Position numbers and translations under genes: made by a program
Shown: positions 1 to 6,137 of the stretch, piece by piece
How the letters are laid out: each line of letters starts with the position of its first letter
How positions within the stretch are numbered: position 1 is the stretch's first letter
Source: Minisyncoccota bacterium
GTDB taxonomy: Bacteria; Patescibacteriota; Minisyncoccia; Phycocordibacterales; UBA12079
Direction of reading: 5' to 3'
Assembly: GCA_023140255.1 (NCBI GenBank)
Contig: JAGLLX010000009.1
Location: 1 to 58,759, forward strand
DNA length: 58,759 nucleotides
The notes under the pieces: generated by a model
The model's database searches: none
Seen by the model: the letters and a program-made list of their open reading frames with translations, nothing else
What the model was told of the DNA's origin: nothing

Positions 1-22
1 TTATAAATCCTCACTCGAAATT

Positions 23-343
23 ATGAAATTTGCAGTAATAGAAACAGGAGCTAAACAATATAAAGTATCAGAGGGTGATATTATTAAAGTTGAAAAGCTT
101 TCTAGAAAAGAAGAATATAAAGAAGGAGATAAAATTACTTTTGATAAAGTGCTTTTGATTGATGATGAAAAGGACACTAAGGTAGGAGAACCTTATTTAG
201 ATAAAGTCAAGGTTGAAGCTAAATTTATAGAGGAAGCTAGAAATCCTAAAATCAGAATAATGCAATTTAAATCAAAATCTAATTATCTAAAACGAAAAGG
301 ACACAAACAAATATTTCATAAAGTTGAAATAACTAAGATATAA
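23..343 (+). CDS. rplU: 50S ribosomal protein L21
   Basis: 106-aa ORF starting MKFAVIETGAKQYKV, with the length and sequence pattern of bL21; hairpin terminator follows. Confidence 0.93.
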   Translation: MKFAVIETGAKQYKVSEGDIIKVEKLSRKEEYKEGDKITFDKVLLIDDEKDTKVGEPYLDKVKVEAKFIEEARNPKIRIMQFKSKSNYLKRKGHKQIFHKVEITKI

Positions 344-370
344 AAACAAAAATAAAAAATCAAATTTTTC

Positions 371-408
371 GAGGTCCGACTACTTGTAGTAGTCGGACCT
401 CTTTTTTT
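371..408 (+). terminator. Intrinsic terminator after rplU
   Basis: gaggtccgactact/agtagtcggacctc 14-bp stem followed by a T7 run. Confidence 0.75.
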
Positions 409-432
409 GAAAAATTTAGACTTTTTCTTTTT

Positions 433-495
433 AGTATTAAGTAGTCGCCTCATCGGCGACCTACCGATGAGGTGGGTAAGTACTAAGTATTTTTT
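433..495. repeat. Hairpin element flanked by AGTAYTAAGTA direct repeats, copy 1
   Basis: agtattaagta..cctcatcgg..ccgatgagg..gtactaagtatttttt; a second similar copy lies at 53811..53877. Confidence 0.6.
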
Positions 496-497
496 AA

Positions 498-631
498 TAT
501 AGTGCAGTTAACTGCACTATATTTAAAATCAAAATTAAATAATTAAAAAACCTAAATCAATTATAGTGCAATCAATTGCATTATCCTAGAGTTATTATTC
601 CAGTTAACCTGCCTTTGCCAGTAGGCAGGTT
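498..631. repeat. Three consecutive palindromic hairpins
   Basis: tatagtgcagttaactgcactata (498..521), tatagtgcaatcaattgcattat (562..585), aacctgcct..aggcaggtt (606..631). Confidence 0.6.
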
Positions 632-671
632 GCACTATATTTTTTACAAAAAACTTGTTATCATTAAATAT

Positions 672-1628
672 ATGAAAATACAAAATCAAAAAGGGTTTAT
701 ACCAACATTAATATTAATAATTGTAGGAGTTTTGGTTGTTGGAAGTGGAGTAGTTTATTTATCAAAACCAAAACCAAAAGCGGTGTTAGGTGATTATTTA
801 TTATCGGCAGATATTGATGAAATTTGTAAAGGTGATGATAACTGTTACTATACGGCTGGAGTAGATCAATTATCAGTTGAATTTTGTGAGAAAATTACTG
901 AAGAAAGTTTACAGCAATATTGCAGTGATGGTGTAAATGAAAAATTAGCTACAAAAAATTTAAATGTTCAGTATTGCTTAAAAATGACTTATCCTGATGA
1001 ATGTATTAATGACCTTGCTTCAGTAACAGGAGATACTTCTATATGTCAATATAGTATATATGAAAAATGGAGGTGTTTAGATTATGCTAATTTAAGAGAT
1101 GAAATAAATCAAGCAATAGAAACAAAAGATCAAAAAATTTGTGAATCTTTAGATTTTTATCAAGATAAAGATCAGTGTTTTAGTGAATTAGGTATTGCAT
1201 TAAATAATCCTTTGTTTTGTAAATTAGCTAAAACACAAGAATACAGTAATTTTGATCAGGCACATTGTTATAAAGAGTTGGCTATATATAATTCTAATTC
1301 AGATTATTGTGGTAAGATAATGGATTTTGGTAATTGGGGAGAAGTGTGTTTAGATAATATAAAAATAATAGAAGGTTATACAAAACGATGCTCAGAAGAT
1401 ATTAAGACAAATAAAGATTTATGTTTACCTATGGCAGTGCAAATTTTTAAAAGTCTGGAAACTCATATGAGCTTTCAGTCTCGAAGGTATGCCCCTATTC
1501 AATTAAAATATAATTTTGATAAATTAAAAGCTGATTGTGATAAATTAGGTGTAGATAATGTTGTAAATGAGTGTAAAAAGATATATGAAGAAATTTATCA
1601 AAAAGAAAAAGATGAACTATCTTTATAA
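672..1628 (+). CDS. Membrane-anchored or secreted cysteine-rich repeat protein (unknown function)
   Basis: ATG at 672 is in frame within ORF 576..1628. N-terminal hydrophobic anchor MKIQNQKGFIPTLILIIVGVLVVGSG, then more than 25 Cys in loosely periodic C-x-C spacing. Confidence 0.65.
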   Translation: MKIQNQKGFIPTLILIIVGVLVVGSGVVYLSKPKPKAVLGDYLLSADIDEICKGDDNCYYTAGVDQLSVEFCEKITEESLQQYCSDGVNEKLATKNLNVQYCLKMTYPDECINDLASVTGDTSICQYSIYEKWRCLDYANLRDEINQAIETKDQKICESLDFYQDKDQCFSELGIALNNPLFCKLAKTQEYSNFDQAHCYKELAIYNSNSDYCGKIMDFGNWGEVCLDNIKIIEGYTKRCSEDIKTNKDLCLPMAVQIFKSLETHMSFQSRRYAPIQLKYNFDKLKADCDKLGVDNVVNECKKIYEEIYQKEKDELSL

Positions 1629-1658
1629 AGTTTTAAATATGATAATATAATTAAATAT

Positions 1659-1892
1659 ATGAAAATACAAAATCAAAAAGGTTTTATACCAACATTAATA
1701 TTAATAATTGTAGGAGTTTTGGTTGTCGGAAGTGGAGTAGTTTATTTATCAAAACCAACATTAGTTGATGATATAGAACACATTGCTTGTACAGAAGAAG
1801 CTAAATTATGTCCTGATGGTTCTGCTGTAGGTAGAATTGCTCCAGATTGTGAATTTGCAGAATGTCCAGAGTTTTCAGAATCTAATCAATAA
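1659..1892 (+). CDS. Small Cys-containing protein with the same N-terminal anchor as 672..1628
   Basis: 77-aa ORF whose first 33 aa are identical to those of the upstream gene; terminator follows. Confidence 0.6.
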   Translation: MKIQNQKGFIPTLILIIVGVLVVGSGVVYLSKPTLVDDIEHIACTEEAKLCPDGSAVGRIAPDCEFAECPEFSESNQ

Positions 1893-1893
1893 T

Positions 1894-1926
1894 AAAAAAA
1901 CGGGTCATATATGACCCGTTTTTTTA
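1894..1926. terminator. Bidirectional hairpin terminator
   Basis: A-run, acgggtcatatatgacccgt palindrome, T-run; sits between convergent genes. Confidence 0.75.
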
Positions 1927-2544
1927 ATTTCTATTTTTAAAAGCACTTTCAAAGGTGTTATCATCTAAATATTCTAACTCTGTGCCTGTGGAAAGCCCAC
2001 GACCTAAAGTAGTAATTTTGATATTTTGATTATCTAAAATAGGTTTTAGCTTTTCAGAAATATAATCAATGGTGTTTTCTCCATCAGGGTTTAAGCTTAA
2101 AGCCAAAATAACTTCTTTTAAATTATCATTTTTAATTTTATCTTGAATTAAAGATAAAAGTTTTGTAATCCTTATTTTTTGCTCAGGATTTTTTTCTAAA
2201 ACAGACACAAAACCACCTAAGACAAAATATGTTCCGTTATAATTTCCAATCCTTTCAATATTCATTAAGTCTGCATCTTTAGCTACAATCATTAAAATGT
2301 CTGTCTCACGGTTTTTATTTAGACAAATATCACACAAGCTTGAATTGTAATTAGATGAAGAATAAAAGCGTGAGCAAGATTGACACATCTTAGAATCAGA
2401 TTTTAAACTTTTAAGAGTATTGGCTAATTCATTTAAAAAAGCACTATCTCTAGTTAATAAAAAATAAACAAATCTTTTTGCCTGCCTCGGTCCAATCCCT
2501 GGAAATTTAATAAAATATTCTGTTAAATTATCTATAGAATTCAT
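1924..2544 (-). CDS. recR: Recombination protein RecR
   Basis: FPGIGPRQAKRF helix-hairpin-helix N-terminus, Cys4 zinc motif, Toprim-like C-terminus, 206 aa. Confidence 0.92.
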   Translation of the reverse strand: MNSIDNLTEYFIKFPGIGPRQAKRFVYFLLTRDSAFLNELANTLKSLKSDSKMCQSCSRFYSSSNYNSSLCDICLNKNRETDILMIVAKDADLMNIERIGNYNGTYFVLGGFVSVLEKNPEQKIRITKLLSLIQDKIKNDNLKEVILALSLNPDGENTIDYISEKLKPILDNQNIKITTLGRGLSTGTELEYLDDNTFESAFKNRN

Positions 2545-2684
2545 TATTTTGTTATTATATCATATTTGAATAATGATTGAAAAAGCTTTACATATATAGT
2601 TAAATATAATATGGTATAAAGTAGAAAGTAAGGAAATCAGTCAGGTTTTCTAAAAAATAAAATAAAAAAGAAAAGGAGGAGGAA

Positions 2685-3179
2685 ATGGAAGAAGAAATAT
2701 CTTCAGTAATAGAATCTCAATCTCAACGAGTTCTTCAGCTTGAAGAATTTAACTTCAAAATTGATTCTACTGGATGGAAAAAGGTTTCTAATCACCAAGG
2801 AATCATTTGTCTTGAGAACCCAGAAGAGGATGTTTGGGAATACATCGGAGGAGTTCCTGAAGAGTTTATTGGACAACAATTGTTCACAAATTCAGCTGGA
2901 ATACGGGAAACAAAGAAAGTTGACAAACGAGTACCAACACATGAAGAATGGACTATTCTTGTAACAAAGAAAGAAGATATTCTAAATCTGGTTTTTGTAG
3001 GTTTTCGTGATATCGATGGTGTCTTCTACAAACTTTCTTTTGGTGCGGGTTTCTGGACGTCTTCTATCTCTAATTTAACTGCTTGGTACCGCTGCGTAGG
3101 CTTTAGTAACTCTATTGTTCATTGTGGCTCATACCACCAGTTGTACGGAATGTCTATTCGTTGCCTAATAAACGGATAA
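2685..3179 (+). CDS. FISUMP (Fibrobacter succinogenes major paralogous) / C-type-lectin-like domain protein, paralog 1
   Basis: Strong SD aaaggaggagg. C-terminal pattern VPTHEEW..GFRD..G.F....GAGFWTSS....AWYR.......YGMSIRCL. Confidence 0.75.
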   Translation: MEEEISSVIESQSQRVLQLEEFNFKIDSTGWKKVSNHQGIICLENPEEDVWEYIGGVPEEFIGQQLFTNSAGIRETKKVDKRVPTHEEWTILVTKKEDILNLVFVGFRDIDGVFYKLSFGAGFWTSSISNLTAWYRCVGFSNSIVHCGSYHQLYGMSIRCLING

Positions 3180-3219
3180 CTTTGTTTATTAGGTCTTTGC
3201 CTTTTCTTTTAATTTTATC

Positions 3220-3255
3220 AAAACCTCGGTTACAATCTGTAACCGAGGTTTTTTT
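3220..3255 (+). terminator. Intrinsic terminator of FISUMP paralog 1
   Basis: aacctcggttac/gtaaccgaggtt 12-bp stem plus T-run; nearly identical to 5641..5676. Confidence 0.8.
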
Positions 3256-3284
3256 AAATAGTAGTAGTCGGACTACTACTATTT
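3256..3284 (-). terminator. AAATAGTAGT..ACTACTATTT hairpin at the dnaB 3-prime end
   Basis: aaatagtagtagtcggactactactattt overlaps the dnaB stop; identical copy at 25828..25856. Confidence 0.6.
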
Positions 3285-4689
3285 AAAAACCATCACTCTC
3301 TTCTCCAGCTTGGTCTAAATCAAAATCATCAAAATCTGCTTTTTCTATACTTTGGAATGTAGCTTTTTTGTCGTTGAAGTTAAGATCAACTTTTCCAGTC
3401 GGTCCATTTCTATGTTTTTCAATCAAAATTTCAGCAAGGTTAGCTTTACCAGAACCGTCTTCTTTTTGTTCACGATGAATAAACATTACCACGTCAGCGT
3501 CTTGCTCAATAGCACCAGAGTCTCGTAGGTCTGATAGGCGAGGGCGACCACCACGACTTTCTACTGCACGAGATAATTGAGAAAGGGCAATAACAGGAAG
3601 ATCTAATTCTCTAGCCAAATGTTTTAGAGAACGAGAAATTTCAGTAATTTGTTGTACCATAGAATCAGATTTTTGAGTTTGGGTAGGAGACATTAATTGT
3701 AAATAATCAACTATAATTAAACTTAAATTGTGCTGCCTTTTTAATTTTCTAGCAACAGAACGAATATTCAAAATATTATTTGAAGCTTGGTCATCTATAA
3801 AAATAGGAGCTTTAGAAAGATTGTCTAAAGATTCTCTAATTAGCTTAAATTCATCATCAGTACTTAATTGCCCAGTTCTTAATTTCCAAGCATCTACTTG
3901 AGAATCAGCAGCTAACATTCTATCCACTAATTGCTGAGAACTCATTTCTAAAGAAAAAATCGCCACAGCTTTATTGTCTTTAACAGCTACTTTTCTAGCA
4001 ATATCCAAAGCCAAGGAAGTTTTTCCCATAGAAGGACGAGCCGCTAAAATAATTAAGTCTGAATTTTGAAAACCAGCTAATTTATTATCTAGTTCTTTAA
4101 AACCTGTTGGAACTCCTCGTAATTCTCCTTTAGTTTCATGTAATTTGTTTAATCTTTCCCAAGCTTCACCTAAAGCATCTTTTATTTTTACATAAGAACT
4201 AGACATTAAAGAGCTAGTAACTTCATAAATACTTTTTTCAGCTTTATCTAAAGCGTTCTCTAAAGATTCTTTTTCAGCATAACCTAATTCAGAAATTTGT
4301 TCAGATACATTGATTAAACGACGCATCATAAATTTTTTATGAACAATTTTTGCATAGTGTTTTGCATTAGCTGAAGAGGGAACTACATTAACTAATTCAT
4401 TTAAAAAATCATTTCCACCTATTTGTTCTAGTTGATTATGTTCTTTTAATTTTGTTGAAAGGGTTAGTAGATCAATTGGTTCTTTTTTAGAGAACAAATC
4501 CATCATTGTTTTATAAATTAAACGATGTTTTTCAGAGTAAAAACAATCTTCAGAAATTAATTCTAAGATATCAAAAATAACTTCAGATCGGAGCATAATA
4601 GAACCCAATAAAGCTTTTTCAGAATCAATATTTTGCGGAGGAACTCTTAGTCCAGACTTAGTCGCATAATCATTCGTAATTGTTTGCAT
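3283..4689 (-). CDS. dnaB: Replicative DNA helicase DnaB
   Basis: 468 aa; GVPTGFKELD, Walker A ARPSMGKT, DnaB C-terminal RecA-like core. Confidence 0.96.
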   Translation of the reverse strand: MQTITNDYATKSGLRVPPQNIDSEKALLGSIMLRSEVIFDILELISEDCFYSEKHRLIYKTMMDLFSKKEPIDLLTLSTKLKEHNQLEQIGGNDFLNELVNVVPSSANAKHYAKIVHKKFMMRRLINVSEQISELGYAEKESLENALDKAEKSIYEVTSSLMSSSYVKIKDALGEAWERLNKLHETKGELRGVPTGFKELDNKLAGFQNSDLIILAARPSMGKTSLALDIARKVAVKDNKAVAIFSLEMSSQQLVDRMLAADSQVDAWKLRTGQLSTDDEFKLIRESLDNLSKAPIFIDDQASNNILNIRSVARKLKRQHNLSLIIVDYLQLMSPTQTQKSDSMVQQITEISRSLKHLARELDLPVIALSQLSRAVESRGGRPRLSDLRDSGAIEQDADVVMFIHREQKEDGSGKANLAEILIEKHRNGPTGKVDLNFNDKKATFQSIEKADFDDFDLDQAGEESDGF

Positions 4690-4766
4690 ACTTGTATTCT
4701 ATCACAAATTAAAAAATGTAAATTTAGTAATTATGGGATAAAAAAGGGGATAGAAAGTGGAAAACT

Positions 4767-4797
4767 AAAATAGTAGACATCGGATGTCTACTATTTT
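4767..4797. repeat. TAGTAG-family hairpin
   Basis: aaaatagtagacatcggatgtctactatttt; same core as 58459..58485. Confidence 0.6.
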
Positions 4798-4856
4798 AGG
4801 GAGGAGGGTGAGGCTTTGTCGTCTCGCCCTTCTAATGTTAGCTATATGATAGCCTT

Positions 4857-4886
4857 AAATTAGTAGTAATTGGATTACTACTATTT
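4857..4886. repeat. TAGTAG-family hairpin
   Basis: aaattagtagtaattggattactactattt. Confidence 0.6.
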
Positions 4887-4894
4887 AAAACTAT

Positions 4895-4924
4895 CAATCC
4901 TCGGCTCTGTTGAGCCGAGAATTG
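4895..4924. repeat. AATCNTCGGCTC-TGTT-GAGCCGANGATT hairpin
   Basis: caatcctcggctctgttgagccgagaattg; related copies at 36351..36382 and 54746..54798. Confidence 0.6.
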
Positions 4925-4941
4925 AGAAGATAGTAAATATA

Positions 4942-4970
4942 TTGACAAATACAATATATTGTGATATTGT
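4942..4970 (+). promoter_or_regulatory. Sigma-70-type promoter for FISUMP paralog 2
   Basis: TTGACA, 17 nt, then TATTGT preceded by TG (extended -10). Confidence 0.5.
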
Positions 4971-5041
4971 TAAAACAGAATGTAAGGAAATCAATTAGGT
5001 TTTCTAAACAATAAAATATAAAAGAAAAAGGAGGAAGGAAG

Positions 5042-5593
5042 ATGGATAACAAAGAAATTTTTCGTTTGATTGAAGAAAATGAGAGTAATCTTCGTAAGAT
5101 TAAATCTTTGATGGAAGCGGAGGAGATTTCACAAAATCTTCAACTTGAAGACCACAACTTCAAAATTGATTCCACAGGGTGGAATCAATTAGTTGGTAAA
5201 GATGGAGAAGGGAACAAAATCATCTATCTTGAAAATCCTGAGAAGGATGTTTGGGAATATGTTAGTGGAGTTCCCAAAGAGCTTATTGGAGAACAGCTTT
5301 TCGCATTTCCTGCAACAATGCGAGAAACAAAGAGATCGGAAAAACAAGTCCCAACTAATCCGGAATGGGATATTCTCGCAAAAACAAAAGGAGATATTCC
5401 AAATCTAGTTTTTGCTGGCTATCGTGATACTAACGGCACCTTCTTCTACCTTTCTTCCGGCGCGTTCTTCTGGTCGTCTTCTATTTCTGGCTCTACTGCT
5501 TGGTACCGTTACCTGTACTCTAGCAACTCTGCTGTCTTCCGTATCGCGTACAATCAGGCGCACGGGGTGTCTATTCGTTGCCTAGAGAACTGA
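5042..5593 (+). CDS. FISUMP / C-type-lectin-like domain protein, paralog 2
   Basis: Strong SD aaaggaggaagg. C-terminus VPTNPEW..GYRD..G.F....GAFFWSSS....AWYR.......HGVSIRCL; paralog of 2685..3179. Confidence 0.75.
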   Translation: MDNKEIFRLIEENESNLRKIKSLMEAEEISQNLQLEDHNFKIDSTGWNQLVGKDGEGNKIIYLENPEKDVWEYVSGVPKELIGEQLFAFPATMRETKRSEKQVPTNPEWDILAKTKGDIPNLVFAGYRDTNGTFFYLSSGAFFWSSSISGSTAWYRYLYSSNSAVFRIAYNQAHGVSIRCLEN

Positions 5594-5640
5594 ACAGTAC
5601 TCGGAGTACTGATAATTTGTTCTTTTCTTTTAATTTTATC

Positions 5641-5676
5641 AAAACCTCGGTTACTATTTGTAACCGAGGTTTTTTA
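5641..5676 (+). terminator. Intrinsic terminator of FISUMP paralog 2
   Basis: aaaacctcggttactatttgtaaccgaggtttttt. Confidence 0.8.
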
Positions 5677-5717
5677 TTTTTAATTATAGTGCTTAGGGTG
5701 CTGTAATCTAAATAAGC

Positions 5718-5745
5718 TTGACAAATTTATTGTATGATGTATATT
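5718..5745 (+). promoter_or_regulatory. Sigma-70-type promoter with no downstream ORF
   Basis: TTGACA, 16 nt, TATATT; resembles the promoter at 4942..4970 (TTGACAAAT...ATTGT). Confidence 0.5.
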
Positions 5746-5751
5746 GTTATT

Positions 5752-5969
5752 TAGATTGAAAAAATGTCTTGTGACGCCGACAAAAGGTTTCTCCTCAAAT
5801 AATTAGGGCGGCTTTTGCAAGAGACAGCTCAGGCGTATGGTCAGCAGAAGAGTTAATTTTGTTGGACCTATCCCCCCCATCTGAAAACAGAGAGATTGAG
5901 GGACAGATAAGCCAGAGAGAGGAAGATTTTTTCATTGCCGCCAAGACCTTAGGGTTTTGGCGGTTTTTT
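5752..5969 (+). ncRNA. Candidate small RNA of unknown class
   Basis: Bounded by the promoter at 5718..5745 and an 11-bp stem terminator (ccgccaagacc ttag ggttttggcgg) plus T6 at 5938..5969. GC-richer than its surroundings, contains a C7 run, and has no SD-preceded ORF. Confidence 0.4.
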
Positions 5970-6029
5970 ATTATCCCTCTTTGGGAGTCAAAACCCTCGC
6001 CTTTAGGTGATAGTAGTTTAGTTCTTAAC

Positions 6030-6073
6030 ATATTATCATTCTAATATTCTTAAGAATGTTAGAATGATAATAT
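6030..6073. repeat. 44-nt near-perfect palindrome
   Basis: atattatcattctaa tattcttaagaatg ttagaatgataatat. Confidence 0.7.
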
Positions 6074-6083
6074 AAAGGGTAAT

Positions 6084-6117
6084 TAAAAAAACTCACACAG
6101 ATTTGTGTGAGTTTTTA
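6084..6117 (-). terminator. Bidirectional hairpin terminator after cysS
   Basis: A-run, actcacaca/tgtgtgagt stem, T-run. Confidence 0.75.
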
Positions 6118-6137
6118 AGTTTTTTAAAAAATAAAAA

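Noticed and set aside
576-671. N-terminal extension of the Cys-rich protein ORF as drawn in the track (start 576), and similar extensions at 27995..28075, 33436..33528, 38470..38496, 50796..50873 and 53790..53825
   Set aside because: The extensions run through intergenic hairpin elements or begin at TTG. In each case an in-frame ATG gives a sensible N-terminus (TM anchor, signal peptide, SD, or conserved family start).
343-671. CRISPR array among the many short palindromic repeats (also 4760..4930 and 53810..54080)
   Set aside because: The repeats belong to different families, are not regularly spaced, have no unique spacers of constant length between identical units, and no cas genes are present.
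672-770. Type IV prepilin signal in MKIQNQKGFIPTLILIIVG
   Set aside because: KGF followed by a hydrophobic stretch resembles the class III signal, but the Glu at +5 after the cleavage Gly is absent (FIPTL). No pilus assembly genes are nearby, so it is treated as a generic anchor.
2740-2964. Internal +1-frame ORFs inside both FISUMP genes (2740..2964 and 5193..5408) with similar peptides
   Set aside because: Their similarity follows automatically from the nucleotide similarity of the two host genes. They have no SD and no independent start context, so they are most likely frame artefacts.
2685-5676. A DGR template repeat or reverse transcriptase within this window
   Set aside because: I looked in the non-coding stretches (especially 5594..6137) for an A-rich copy of the conserved VR flanks (GCTTGGTACC, TCTATTCGTTGCC) and found none. 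No ORF has an RT (YxDD) pattern. The DGR idea therefore rests on VR-like features only.
5760-6044. tmRNA, SRP RNA or 6S RNA identity for the GC-richer non-coding patch, and the two track ORFs 5795..6031 (-) and 5859..6044 (+)
   Set aside because: I found no tRNA-like acceptor/T-arm (GGTTCGA-type) and no GGAA-tetraloop helix-8 motif. The minus-strand ...LSLAKAALII* reading superficially resembles a tmRNA tag, but a full tmRNA would run into the FISUMP gene. Both ORFs lack an SD, one starts at TTG, and both cross a strong plus-strand terminator. It is kept only as an unclassified sRNA candidate.
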